Origin: an uncultured Gammaproteobacteria bacterium
Lineage (GTDB): Bacteria; Patescibacteriota; Patescibacteriia; Magasanikbacterales; GWA2-37-8
DNA length: 64,000 nucleotides
NCBI GenBank assembly: GCA_964540825.1
Contig: CAZINT010000004.1
Span: 24,835 to 88,834, forward strand
Direction: 5' to 3'
Shown: piece by piece, positions 47,101 through 56,476 of the stretch
Numbering within the stretch: position 1 is the first letter of the stretch
Layout: each line of letters opens with the position of its first letter
The notes under the pieces: generated by a model
What the model was told of the DNA's origin: nothing
Database searches by the model: none
Seen by the model: only the letters and a program-made list of their open reading frames with translations
Position numbers and translations under genes: made by a program

Positions 47101-47565
47101 GTTTTCAGCGGTAAAGAAGGCACCGGCAGAGCGGATAAATTGGGAAACAACCACACGTTCGATACCGTTGATGATAAACGTACCGCGTTCGGTCATGATT
47201 GGAATATCACCCAAATAAATTTCTTGAGACTTGGATTGGTTGTCGCGTTTGTTAACCAGGCGGGTCACAGCGCGAAGCGGTGCTTCGAAAGTAATATTAC
47301 GTTGGCGGCAGGTAACTTCGTCAAAACGCGGTTCGTCAAGGTAATAGCTTTCTAAGTAGAGTTCAAGGTCGCGACCGGTAAAATCGGTAATTGGCGACAC
47401 TTCTTCAAACAATTCTTTGATGCCGGATTTTAAAAACCAGTCATAAGAGTTCTTTTGGAGCTCGATAAGGTCAGGAAGCGGCTGGTGCTCCATGTGCTCC
47501 GTAAAAAATTTACGATCCAAATTTTTACTGGTCTGATGCTTGAAGCGAGAAGGCATAGAGTGCAT
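44128..47565 (-). CDS. rpoB: DNA-directed RNA polymerase subunit beta
   Basis: 1145 aa with conserved beta-subunit regions throughout. Confidence 0.98.
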   Translation of the reverse strand: MHSMPSRFKHQTSKNLDRKFFTEHMEHQPLPDLIELQKNSYDWFLKSGIKELFEEVSPITDFTGRDLELYLESYYLDEPRFDEVTCRQRNITFEAPLRAVTRLVNKRDNQSKSQEIYLGDIPIMTERGTFIINGIERVVVSQFIRSAGAFFTAENVRGRRYYGAKIIPNRGAWIEVETDLSNVMWIKVDRKRKVSATSLLRAFGMHEDEKLIEAFKDVNNHPTIDYVEAMFKKDIAKTQEEGLIEVYKRIRPGDLATADNAKSLIYAMFFNFDRYDLGRVGVYKFNTKFDLGYTEADYDKKENRVLSPEKLLQVLKEVVRLNVTQEEPDDVDHLGNRRIRAVGELAQNRFRVGLARMERIIKDRMSTYELEQLTPNKLINARPVTSAIREFFMSSQLSQFMDQTNPLAELEHKRRLSALGPGGLSRDRAGFEVRDVHTTHYGRICPIATPEGPNIGLVNHLSSYARVNDFGFIETPYRKVLREVANDGKLAEGEILRGDIGSVKDGTKITKEIAAKLKSEKIEKIPVKPRLTNEIVYLNSFKEEKVITAAASVKTDDDGYFTQETVPARVNGAAGVSASVDLDYVDVASNQIVSIATSCIPFLEHDDATRALMGTNMQRQSVPCIKPEPPLVGTGIEREAAMYSGHMVLAEADGEITEVDGGHIVLTTPKGQNYTYNLNKFIRSNASTCIDQHPVVNVGEKVKKGQPLSDGPSIREGELALGQNMLVAYMCWEGFNYEDAVIISERLVQQDCYTSIHIEDYTVDVCETKLGPELVTADIPNVSEEKLKNLDSEGIIRIGAEIKSGDILVGKITPKGETELSPEERLLRAIFGEKARDVRDSSLYLEHGEHGKVIGVQIFSAENGDKLEPGVIKKVQVTVADLRKLQVGDKMAGRHGNKGVVSRIVPVADLPFLEDGTPVDIILSPLGVVSRMNLGQLLETHLGLAANALGYKIATPVLNGLTEEQIKNELKKAGFPESGQVQLYDGRTGEAFDHKTTIGYNYMLKLNHMVEDKIHQRSIGPYSLITQQPLGGKAQFGGQRFGEMEVWALQAYGAAHTLQEMLTIKSDDVPGRSKAYEAIIKGEEVSRVNIPESFNVLVRELKGLCLDVGLLKKTESGEYLPAEEVRAELEKNKPADANDVVEYQP

Positions 47566-48144
47566 TTATTTTAGCGCTTTTTTAGAAGCTTTGAAATAAA
47601 GGAAAATAAACAAAAAATGAGCAAAACCTAGCTAGATTTTACTTTTTTACAAAACAATGACTGCTGGTGGGGGCAAGGTTTGCATTAAATTGACAAACAG
47701 TTAATACCTTGCGCGCAGCTTTTCCGGATGGACATTTGGCGGACCGGAGGCCACACTTTTTTGGCTTATTTGAGCTATTTTTCTGCAAATTACAGAACAA
47801 GCTCTCAGCAGACTGATTATATGAAAAAAACGAAGTGTTGTCAAGGGATGATACAAACAGTTATTTTGTCAATAATTTGTTATTTTTTTGCTAAAATAAA
47901 GGTTTTACAAGCTTTTACTATCAATGAACCACAAAAATTATCCACAGCTTCAGAACGGTCGCGCACCCACCTGTGTGCTTTGCACTGGGTCCGGCAACAC
48001 TGGATGCACTTTTTTAATTTTACCCTATGTCGAAATAAGACGCAGCCGCGGCAGCACGCTTACTCGTTTTTACAGGTCCTTTGGCTCCTAAATTTTAAAA
48101 AAATCGTCTTATTATATAAAATTGAATTAGTTTTTCTTATCCAC

Positions 48145-48398
48145 TTGACACTTAAGTTGCACAAAACTACAATTGCAGCTGTTTCACTTTTTTTCCTGAC
48201 TACGCTGCGATAGAGTTGATGTCTCAACCGGGTCGGATTTATAAAGCATCTCTCTCCTCCAAATAAACATATTCTGTTTTTTTGGTTACGCTTTTAAAAT
48301 TAGATTCGTTAGCTAATACATGCAGCTCTTCTCGCAGCGTAGTTAGGGAAAAACACCCGTGAAAATAAAATTCGTCTCGATATGCGAGACGTTTTTTT
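48145..48398 (+). ncRNA. Candidate small RNA (~220 nt) with its own promoter and terminator
   Basis: TTGACA 48145-50, 17-nt spacer, TACAAT 48168-73. Terminator cgtctcg-atatg-cgagacg plus U7 at 48373-48398. An 11-bp long-range stem ctacgctgcga / tcgcagcgtag closes a domain of about 120 nt. No plausible ORF. Confidence 0.35.
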
Positions 48399-48417
48399 GT
48401 AGTCATTTATGAGCGAA

Positions 48418-48491
48418 GTACTAAGCAGATTAAGCAGAGTAGGCGAAGTAAGTAGTGTTACTTGCTTAATCTGCCTAGCACTTACTCTGCC
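48418..48491. repeat. Palindromic interspersed repeat, copy B
   Basis: gtactaagcagattaagcagagtaggcgaagtaagtagtgttacttgcttaatctgcctagcacttactctgcc; same module set as copy A, in rearranged order. Confidence 0.65.
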
Positions 48492-48545
48492 GCACTCCGA
48501 GCAGTATTCTTCTCTTCGCAAAACTATGCTATAATCAAGTGTACT

Positions 48546-50846
48546 ATGCCTCGACGCCGCGCTTATAAGCCAAGCCTGACTGAACGAATTAATTTAAACC
48601 CCCAATTGAGCCATGGTTTGCTCGCTATTCTCCTCCTCATGGTAGGCGGTCTTTCGGCGCTCAGTTTTTTTTCGATGGCCGGAGTCGCTGGTCAATTTAT
48701 TGACGGACTTCTGGCTATCACCTTTGGGCAGGTGCGGTATGTTTTTCCAATTATTGTTACCGTCGTTGCCGTTCTTCTTATCAAAGACATCGATTACGAC
48801 TATCAGCCGACGCATTTTATCGGCAGTGTTCTTTTTTTCTTAAGCTTTAATGGTCTTGTACACCTTGGCAACCCTACCTATGAACGCGCCATGCTTGGCG
48901 AAGGCGGCGGACTCGTTGGCCTAGCTTTATCATACCCGCTTAATACATACATCGGCTATTTTGGCACACTCCTCATTCTCGTTTGCTTACTACTTGTTTC
49001 AATTATTTTCTTGTTTAATACCTCGCTTGCTCAAATTATCGCGCTTCACAAAAAAGTTTTTCTGGCCTTTGGTTGGATCGGTCAACAAATTATCGCTTTC
49101 TTTGCTGCTTTTAAAAAACCTGTTAGCGAGGTACGCGTGGTTGGCGAACACGACGAGACTACTACCCGAACCTTTACCGCTCACCCGGTAGCCGCAAGTG
49201 AAGAGGGTGAAGAGGAAGCAGAAGAGGTTGACAGTGAAGCCGAAGAAAGAGAGGAAGCACGAGCCGCCGAAAAACGACTCGCCGCCAAACGTGAAGAAGA
49301 ACACGAAGAAAAAGATATCAGCCCAACAATACCGATTTACCGACCACCGACACACTATAAGAGCCTGCCTTCGTTCGATTTATTATTTACTTCCAAAAGC
49401 AAACCAACGTCCGGTGATATCAAACACAATGCCGCGACGATTGCCGACACTTTTAAAAATTTTGGTATTGATGTTGAAATGGGCGAGGTGCGCGTCGGCC
49501 CAACGGTTACACAATTTTCACTCAAACCTGCCAAAGGTGTTAAATTGACCCGCATTACCGCGCTCAGTAACGACCTGTCGCTCGCCCTAGCTGCCCACCC
49601 CTTGCGTATCGAAGCACCTATCCCAGGGCAATCACTGGTTGGCATTGAAGTGCCAAACCAAAAAGTTGCCATGGTTAGTTTGCGTGAATTATTTGAAAGT
49701 CCAGAATTTCAAAAACGCGAACACAACATGTTTGCCGCACTTGGCAAAGATGTTTCAGGCAAAGTGCTCTTAGCGGACTTGCCGCGCATGCCTCACCTCC
49801 TTATTGCCGGTACGACCGGTTCTGGTAAAACGGTTGGTATCAATACGATTATTCTCAGTTTATTATTTCAAAATACTCCGGCCACGCTCCGTTTTATTAT
49901 GGTCGATCCGAAACGTGTGGAACTCACGCTGTATAATGGCATACCCCACTTATTAACTCCGGTTATTACTGATGCTGCTAAAACAGTTAATGCGCTTAAG
50001 TGGACTATTGGTGAAATGGAACGACGCTTTGACGTACTCTCAAAAGCTGGTAAACGCGACATCATGTCGTACAATAAGAGTACTGCTGAACCTATGCCTT
50101 ACCTAGTATTCGTTATTGACGAATTGGCTGACCTTATGGCGATGGCCGCGAGCGAAGTAGAGTCGGGCATTATCCGCATCGCGCAGATGGCTCGTGCTGT
50201 CGGCATCCATCTCGTCGTTGCAACGCAGCGTCCAAGTGTCGAAGTTATTACGGGTCTCATGAAAGCTAATATTCCAGGACGCATGGCCTTTTCGGTTGCT
50301 TCGCTTATTGACTCACGCACCATTCTTGATATGTCAGGCGCTGAAAAGTTACTTGGGCGCGGTGACATGCTGCTTTTGACTGCCGACCTCTCGACCCCAA
50401 AACGCGTTCAAGGAGCCTATGTTTCTGAAGAGGAAATGAAGCGCGTGGTTGATTATCTTAAAGGCGACGAACCGCCGGAATACGACGAATCAATTGTTTC
50501 CAAAGGCAATCATACGGCTGGAGGCGGCACTATGAGCCTCTTCGGCGGGCCAAGCGACGATCAAGACCCGCTTTTTGATGAAGCAAAAAAGATTATTTTA
50601 GAATCAGGTAAGGCCAGTGCTTCCTTGTTGCAGCGACGCATGAAAGTTGGTTACGCACGCGCCGCAAGACTTCTTGACGAACTAGAGGAGGCTGGTATAG
50701 TAGGACCAGCTGACGGAGCAAAACCACGCGAAGTATTTACTGAACATTTACGTCAGGAAGAAGAATTACCGGTAGAAGAACAGACCATGGATGCTGGCGG
50801 AACGGTGTTTGATCCACCCGCTCCTTCGGACAATGAATCATTATAA
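48546..50846 (+). CDS. ftsK: DNA translocase FtsK/SpoIIIE
   Basis: N-terminal transmembrane helices, an acidic linker, Walker A GTTGSGKT, and a C-terminal gamma (winged-helix) domain. Confidence 0.9.
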   Translation: MPRRRAYKPSLTERINLNPQLSHGLLAILLLMVGGLSALSFFSMAGVAGQFIDGLLAITFGQVRYVFPIIVTVVAVLLIKDIDYDYQPTHFIGSVLFFLSFNGLVHLGNPTYERAMLGEGGGLVGLALSYPLNTYIGYFGTLLILVCLLLVSIIFLFNTSLAQIIALHKKVFLAFGWIGQQIIAFFAAFKKPVSEVRVVGEHDETTTRTFTAHPVAASEEGEEEAEEVDSEAEEREEARAAEKRLAAKREEEHEEKDISPTIPIYRPPTHYKSLPSFDLLFTSKSKPTSGDIKHNAATIADTFKNFGIDVEMGEVRVGPTVTQFSLKPAKGVKLTRITALSNDLSLALAAHPLRIEAPIPGQSLVGIEVPNQKVAMVSLRELFESPEFQKREHNMFAALGKDVSGKVLLADLPRMPHLLIAGTTGSGKTVGINTIILSLLFQNTPATLRFIMVDPKRVELTLYNGIPHLLTPVITDAAKTVNALKWTIGEMERRFDVLSKAGKRDIMSYNKSTAEPMPYLVFVIDELADLMAMAASEVESGIIRIAQMARAVGIHLVVATQRPSVEVITGLMKANIPGRMAFSVASLIDSRTILDMSGAEKLLGRGDMLLLTADLSTPKRVQGAYVSEEEMKRVVDYLKGDEPPEYDESIVSKGNHTAGGGTMSLFGGPSDDQDPLFDEAKKIILESGKASASLLQRRMKVGYARAARLLDELEEAGIVGPADGAKPREVFTEHLRQEEELPVEEQTMDAGGTVFDPPAPSDNESL

Positions 50847-50855
50847 TTCCTGCCT

Positions 50856-51581
50856 ATGGCCGTCTTCTGTTTTAAAAAAATTACTTCTTCTGCCTTGCGT
50901 CTTGGCGAGCTGTTTAAAGTTACAAGGGAAAATAAAAGCCTTACCTTGGCAGACGTAAGTTACGAAACGCGTATCCCGGAAAAATATGTAATGCTTCTTG
51001 AAAAAGGATCATTTGCCGCGCTGCCGCGTGCTCGATCACACCGCCTGGCATATGTTCGTGCTTATGCCACACTTCTTGAGCTGCCTGTTGAGGAGACAAT
51101 CACTCAATTCACAAGAGAAGAAGGGTTGGCGAATGCGGCCATGGTTCACCCGCTCAAAAAAATGAAGTATTTTCCGTTCAGCTCAGTAGGTATTTTTCTT
51201 CGCAACAGTGTCGGAACATGTCTCATTCTTATTTTTGCCGGGTATCTAACTTGGCAAATTAAAGGCATTCTTGAGCCGCCTACGCTTACCGTTTTCAGTC
51301 CGGCGGAAGGCACGATTGTTACGGGCGCAGCTACCGTTGTCGAAGGAGCAACTGAGGCCGAGTCAAAGCTCGCAGTGAACGGTCAGGAAGTTATCATGAA
51401 CAGTGACGGGAAATTTCAGGCCGAACTTAACCTCATGCCCGGACTGAACACAATCACTATTTCGTCTACTAAAAAGAAACACGGAAAAACCACCACTATT
51501 ACCCGCCACGTTATTATGCGGCAAGGCACGGTAAGCATGAACGGAACAAAAATGGTTTCTAAACAAACATTACCTTATTAA
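50856..51581 (+). CDS. RodZ-like membrane protein: XRE-type HTH, transmembrane helix, extracytoplasmic domain
   Basis: N-terminal HTH (LTLADVSYETRIPEKYVMLLEKG), one transmembrane helix, and a threonine-rich C-terminal domain. Confidence 0.5.
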   Translation: MAVFCFKKITSSALRLGELFKVTRENKSLTLADVSYETRIPEKYVMLLEKGSFAALPRARSHRLAYVRAYATLLELPVEETITQFTREEGLANAAMVHPLKKMKYFPFSSVGIFLRNSVGTCLILIFAGYLTWQIKGILEPPTLTVFSPAEGTIVTGAATVVEGATEAESKLAVNGQEVIMNSDGKFQAELNLMPGLNTITISSTKKKHGKTTTITRHVIMRQGTVSMNGTKMVSKQTLPY

Positions 51582-51611
51582 TTCTACCTCGGAGGGACTA
51601 ATTTTTACTGT

Positions 51612-52694
51612 ATGGCTAAACAGACAACGAGCGATGAAGTTAAAGAAAAACTAAAAGCTGCTGAAAGCGCAATTGAACAGATCAAAAGCCGCTTTGGCGA
51701 TGGAGCAATTATGAAATTTGGCGAAGCCCGTGCCATGCAGGTTGATGCTGTGCCGACCGGTGCGCTTTCACTTGATATTGCGCTTGGTGTCAAAGGTGTT
51801 CCGCGTGGACGCGTTATTGAAATCTACGGACCGGAGGCAAGCGGTAAAACCACGCTTGCTCAGCACATCGTTTCCGAAGTTCAAAAGATGGGCGGTATTG
51901 CCGCGTACGTCGATGCTGAACACGCGCTTGACCCTGATTATGCTAAAAAAATCGGTGTTAAAGTTGACGAACTCCTCATTTCTCAGCCCGACACTGGTGA
52001 ACAGGCCCTGGAGATCGTTGAAACACTGGTCAGGTCTAATGCTGTTGACGTGATCGTTATCGATTCGGTCGCTGCGCTCGTTCCTAAAGCCGAAATTGAA
52101 GGCGAGATGGGTGACCAGCACATGGGTCTGCAGGCACGCCTCATGAGTCAAGCCCTTCGTAAGCTCACCGGTATTATCAGTAAATCAAAAACTGTCGTTA
52201 TCTTTATTAACCAGACTCGTCTCAAAATCGGTATTGTATTCGGCAACCCGGAAACCACTACTGGGGGTGTTGCGCTCAAATTTTATTCTTCAGTGCGTAT
52301 CGAAATCCGCCGCGCCGCTCAAATTAAGCAAGGCGACAAAATTATCGGTAACCGCGTTAAAGTTAAAATTGTCAAAAACAAAGTGGCCGCACCATTTCGT
52401 ACCACTGAATTTGATATCATGTATAACGAAGGTATCTCAGTTTCAGGTGATGTACTCGATACAGCTGTTACCTATAAAGTAATTGAAAAACGCGGTAATT
52501 CTTACACCTACAAAGAAGAGAAATTAGGCGTTGGTCGCGAAACTGCTAAAAAATATTTGCGTGACAACCCAAAAATTCTCAAAGAAATTCGTAACCAAGT
52601 TATCGAAGCGGCCGATCGCGGAGACGCACCGGACGAAGAGGTGGGCAACCCTGACGAAGGATCTTCAAACGAAGAAGTACCGCCGCAAGAATAA
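51612..52694 (+). CDS. recA: Recombinase RecA
   Basis: GPEASGKTT Walker A and the full set of RecA motifs; 360 aa. Confidence 0.97.
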   Translation: MAKQTTSDEVKEKLKAAESAIEQIKSRFGDGAIMKFGEARAMQVDAVPTGALSLDIALGVKGVPRGRVIEIYGPEASGKTTLAQHIVSEVQKMGGIAAYVDAEHALDPDYAKKIGVKVDELLISQPDTGEQALEIVETLVRSNAVDVIVIDSVAALVPKAEIEGEMGDQHMGLQARLMSQALRKLTGIISKSKTVVIFINQTRLKIGIVFGNPETTTGGVALKFYSSVRIEIRRAAQIKQGDKIIGNRVKVKIVKNKVAAPFRTTEFDIMYNEGISVSGDVLDTAVTYKVIEKRGNSYTYKEEKLGVGRETAKKYLRDNPKILKEIRNQVIEAADRGDAPDEEVGNPDEGSSNEEVPPQE

Positions 52695-52702
52695 AGCCAC
52701 TC

Positions 52703-52744
52703 TAAAAAACCGGTTCACTCAAACAGTGTTAACCGGTTTTTTAA
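52703..52744 (+). terminator. Rho-independent terminator after recA
   Basis: aaccggtt ... aaccggtt palindrome followed by a T-run. Confidence 0.8.
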
Positions 52745-52828
52745 ATCCAAGCAGCGCTGCTTGTTATTTTAAAAAAAATATTGTACAGTTACTTCCGTAG
52801 TGGAACTTATTCGTTATCGTAACTCTTT

Positions 52829-53494
52829 ATGACAAGCTCAAATAATCAAAATACTGGCGCGCTCAAAAGTGTTGGCCTTGGCCTTGGCATCTTAGCTGTG
52901 TTGGCCTTGTGCGTATATGGCCTAATGCGGCTTGGCGCAGCAAGTAACCCTGCCGGCGTTACGGGCGGTGAAATCGCTTCTGTTTCGGCAGCGGATTGGC
53001 AGCGGGGCAATCAATACGCTAAAAATGTGCTTATTGAATATAGCGACTTCCAATGCCCCGCTTGCGCCGCATACGAACCCCTCGTTCGCCAACTCATGAA
53101 AGATTTTGATAATCAAATTCTACTTATTTATCGCCATTTTCCGTTATCCCAACATGTTCATGCGGAGCTTGCTGCCCAAGCTTCCGAGGCAGCGGGCAAG
53201 CAAGGCAAGTTCTGGGATATGCACGACCTACTTTTTGATCGCCAAGGTTCCTGGGAAAATACTGGCGACGCTGAAGCAACCTTCAAAGGATATGCCAAAG
53301 AACTCGGACTTGACGAAGCCAGGTTTGCCGCTGACCTTAATTCTGATGAAATCAAAAAATTGGTTGCCGAAGATGCTGACGGAGGTCTTCATGCCGGCAT
53401 TAATTCTACGCCAAGTTTTTACTTAAATGGCAAAAAAATCGACAATCCGAAAACTTACGAAGAATTTAAAAAATTACTTACTACCGGTTCATAA
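52829..53494 (+). CDS. DsbA-family thiol:disulfide oxidoreductase, membrane-anchored
   Basis: N-terminal transmembrane helix and the CPAC thioredoxin motif. Confidence 0.75.
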   Translation: MTSSNNQNTGALKSVGLGLGILAVLALCVYGLMRLGAASNPAGVTGGEIASVSAADWQRGNQYAKNVLIEYSDFQCPACAAYEPLVRQLMKDFDNQILLIYRHFPLSQHVHAELAAQASEAAGKQGKFWDMHDLLFDRQGSWENTGDAEATFKGYAKELGLDEARFAADLNSDEIKKLVAEDADGGLHAGINSTPSFYLNGKKIDNPKTYEEFKKLLTTGS

Positions 53495-53508
53495 AAAACA
53501 AACTTCAA

Positions 53509-53540
53509 TTAAAAAAACTTCCAGGCCTGGAAGTTTTTTT
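53509..53540. terminator. Bidirectional rho-independent terminator
   Basis: A7, aacttccagg-c-cctggaagtt, T7. Confidence 0.8.
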
Positions 53541-53608
53541 AATTGCCGCGACCAAGAAGTCGTGGCCTGCTCGAGACTCAACGTCTTCGAGTAAAATGTA
53601 CAGAGCGT

Positions 53609-54814
53609 CTACGGGGTATAGCGGAGCAGTCGCCCGACGAGTGTAGCCCCCGGCTTTCCGTCTTGCCCGGCCGGCCGTGTTATGACTATCACCTGATCCC
53701 TCCCAAAGGCAGCGAGGCTCGCTCCGGTGATTTTGGGATCAAGATCAAGATGGTGCGACGGATAACCCGTACTATCAACAGCTACAAAACGAGCGTACGT
53801 GTTGCCGACCTGCGGCACGACTGCCACCAGCTGTTTGACGCCGGGGAGCGTCAAAAAGGTGGTACCCGGCAGATACGGTACCGGCTCCTCCGCCGGCAGC
53901 TCGATTTTTTGGTCACTGTAGCCGATGATAGAGAGTAGCGACCCGGCATCGTTTCTCCAAGCCGCTGCCAGACCGGCCCCGTGCGTGTGGAGGCTTTGGC
54001 CCTGGATAGCAGTGTTCTTATACAGATCACTGCACGAAGTCGTACCATCAACCAGGTTGGTTCGCCGGTCGAGCAGGATGTCAGCGACCGTATCGACACC
54101 ACTGTAGCGCACGCCCGCATACACAACCACTGCCAGACGAAGCTCGAGAGCAATCCCCGTATCACCATTTTTCAGGAAGCGGCGATAGAGAATACCCACT
54201 CGACGTTCGACAGTGTTGTTTCCAAAGGTGAGCGGCGCCAGGCTATCAGCGACCGGTGCACACAATTGTTGCTGCCCGCCGTTTGGCAACACGGCGTTTC
54301 CCTCATTAAAGGGCTCGCCACTAGAATCGAAAGCGAACAGACGCAAGCCAGCGGTTGTCAGCTCCGGCCTCGGGGTCATAGCGACACAGAAGCCGCTATG
54401 GCAGGCAGCAACGCTTGCATGTGCATCGTTTCCCACCCGTTGGAGCCCACCCTTGTAGTCCCGCAGGGTGAAGCCGAGCGCACTACCCATCAAGACTGCG
54501 TCGTTACTATTCGCAAAACTCGTTGGCATGCCGACCGACGCCCCTGTGCTGGGCGGGCTGGCTACATGCCAATCCCCGGATGCCGGCAGAAAGGGCTGGT
54601 AGGAGCTGTCACTTGCAACCAGCCAGCACCAGGCAGTGCCCAAGCACAGCGGCGTCGGGACCCCAGGACTTGTTGCCGGCCACGAGGCCTCGTAAACTCG
54701 CGAAAAGCTGGCGGCAGGCCCGTCGGCCCCGCCGCGGTCAGAGGTGACGGACGGAGCAGCATCAGCCCCGCAACCCACAGCAGCGACCAGAGCGATCAAC
54801 CATAAACGAACCAT
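53609..54814 (-). CDS. Secreted lipoprotein, function unknown, in a ~62% GC island
   Basis: Signal peptide with a lipobox (LVAAVGC); Gly/Ser/Ala/Thr-rich 401 aa. Perfect Shine-Dalgarno AAGGAGGTG 5 nt upstream of the ATG. Confidence 0.5.
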   Translation of the reverse strand: MVRLWLIALVAAVGCGADAAPSVTSDRGGADGPAASFSRVYEASWPATSPGVPTPLCLGTAWCWLVASDSSYQPFLPASGDWHVASPPSTGASVGMPTSFANSNDAVLMGSALGFTLRDYKGGLQRVGNDAHASVAACHSGFCVAMTPRPELTTAGLRLFAFDSSGEPFNEGNAVLPNGGQQQLCAPVADSLAPLTFGNNTVERRVGILYRRFLKNGDTGIALELRLAVVVYAGVRYSGVDTVADILLDRRTNLVDGTTSCSDLYKNTAIQGQSLHTHGAGLAAAWRNDAGSLLSIIGYSDQKIELPAEEPVPYLPGTTFLTLPGVKQLVAVVPQVGNTYARFVAVDSTGYPSHHLDLDPKITGASLAAFGRDQVIVITRPAGQDGKPGATLVGRLLRYTP

Positions 54815-54949
54815 GATACACCTCCTTGGTGTAAACCGTTACGTGATTCTTACCATATTTTTAGCAAAAGTAAAGGCTTTACCCAAAAATGGGACCGGCC
54901 CAGTCAAATTTTTTTAGATTGACGCACCGTCTTTCTGTTGTTACTATGA

Positions 54950-55810
54950 GTGCATATGATCGACCCCCGTTTTCTAACCATCCAAAAAAACGAACATACT
55001 GAGTATTGTATTTATAAAAAAATTCTCAAAATCGTTAAAAACCCTAATGATCGTAAAATTATTGAACGAATGATCGCCCAAGAAAAAAATCATTATGAAA
55101 TGTGGCGAGAAATTACTGGTCAAAGCATTCGCCCCTCGCAAGCAAAGATACAATTCTACTATTGGATCACCCGTCTTTTTGGCCTAAGCTTCGGACTTAA
55201 ACTCATGGAAAAAGGAGAGAAGCTGGTTATCAGCCTCTACAGCGAACTCAAGGACGTGCACCCCAAAATGGCCAAAGTTATTCAAGAAGAACAGGAACAC
55301 GAAGAGGAATTACTCAAACTTATTAACAATAATGTCCTTACGTACGTAAGCGCAATTGTACTGGGGCTCAACGACGCCCTTATCGAGCTAACCGGCGCTC
55401 TAACCGGCTTCACCTTGGCCCTGTCAAACACACGTCTTATTGCGGTAACCGGCCTTATTACGGGTATTGCCGCGGCAATGTCTATGGCCGCATCATCATA
55501 TCTTTCCACCAAAGAAGATGGCGAAAAAAACCCGTTCGCCGCAGCGGTCGCAACCGGCAGTGCTTATGCACTAGCTGTTGCAATACTCATTGCTCCTTAT
55601 TTTTTAATCACCAACGCTTTTGTTGCGCTCGGGGTAACACTCCTCAGCGCCCTGATTATTATTTTGGTATTTAACTTTTATACTGCAATCTCCAAAGGAA
55701 TATCTTTTCGGCGCAGATTTGCTGAAATGGCGTTAATTAGTCTTGGTCTTGCGCTGATTAATTTTGGAATCGGCTATGTACTTAAAAAGTATCTCCACCT
55801 ATCAATCTAA
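54950..55810 (+). CDS. VIT1/CCC1-family iron/manganese transporter with an N-terminal ferritin-like domain
   Basis: N-terminal rubrerythrin/ferritin-like helices (E..H motifs) followed by five transmembrane helices of the VIT family. Confidence 0.7.
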   Translation: MHMIDPRFLTIQKNEHTEYCIYKKILKIVKNPNDRKIIERMIAQEKNHYEMWREITGQSIRPSQAKIQFYYWITRLFGLSFGLKLMEKGEKLVISLYSELKDVHPKMAKVIQEEQEHEEELLKLINNNVLTYVSAIVLGLNDALIELTGALTGFTLALSNTRLIAVTGLITGIAAAMSMAASSYLSTKEDGEKNPFAAAVATGSAYALAVAILIAPYFLITNAFVALGVTLLSALIIILVFNFYTAISKGISFRRRFAEMALISLGLALINFGIGYVLKKYLHLSI

Positions 55811-55871
55811 GCAAGGCAATACTTAAAAAATACGGCAAAAACACATTATACATACGTAATTTAATTATCAT

Positions 55872-56459
55872 ATGGAAACACATCTCATCAACAAACTACC
55901 TGTTATCGGCAACCCTGTTCCTGACCTCAATTTTCAAATCTACCACAATGAGGAATTCAAAAAAACAAGTCTTGATAATTATCGCGGCAAATGGCTGATT
56001 CTTTTTTTCTACCCTGCCGACTTTACGTTTGTCTGCCCCACCGAACTTGAAGACATGGCCGACCATTACGCCGAGTTTCAAGCAATGAATACGGAAATTA
56101 TTAGCGTCAGTACCGACACCCATTTCGTTCACAAAGCCTGGCATGACAACTCACCTGCCATCAAAAAAATTACGTTCCCAATGGCCGCAGATCCAACCGG
56201 TGTACTTTGTCATGAATTCGGCACGTATATCGAGTCTGAAGGCTTATCGCTGCGCGGCACATTTATTATTGACCCGGACGGTGTACTCAAAGCATTCGAA
56301 GTCAACGACAACAGCATCGGACGCAATGCCGAAGAACTGCTGCGCAAAATGCAAGCCGCACAGTACGTCCGCGAACATGGCGGCGAAGTTTGCCCGGCCA
56401 AATGGAAACCAGGCGACGCAACGCTGACACCAGGTCTTGATCTGGTAGGAAAAATTTAA
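55872..56459 (+). CDS. 2-Cys peroxiredoxin (AhpC/Prx1 type)
   Basis: FTFVCPTEL peroxidatic-Cys motif and a C-terminal resolving Cys (EVCPAKW). Confidence 0.9.
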   Translation: METHLINKLPVIGNPVPDLNFQIYHNEEFKKTSLDNYRGKWLILFFYPADFTFVCPTELEDMADHYAEFQAMNTEIISVSTDTHFVHKAWHDNSPAIKKITFPMAADPTGVLCHEFGTYIESEGLSLRGTFIIDPDGVLKAFEVNDNSIGRNAEELLRKMQAAQYVREHGGEVCPAKWKPGDATLTPGLDLVGKI

Positions 56460-56476
56460 CTTTAACTTTCACCCCT

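Noticed and set aside
47728-48213. 161-aa ORF in the rpoB-ftsK gap
   Set aside because: The sequence is low-complexity and Cys/Leu/Phe-rich, with no start context. It overlaps a good promoter for the sRNA candidate and is probably non-coding.
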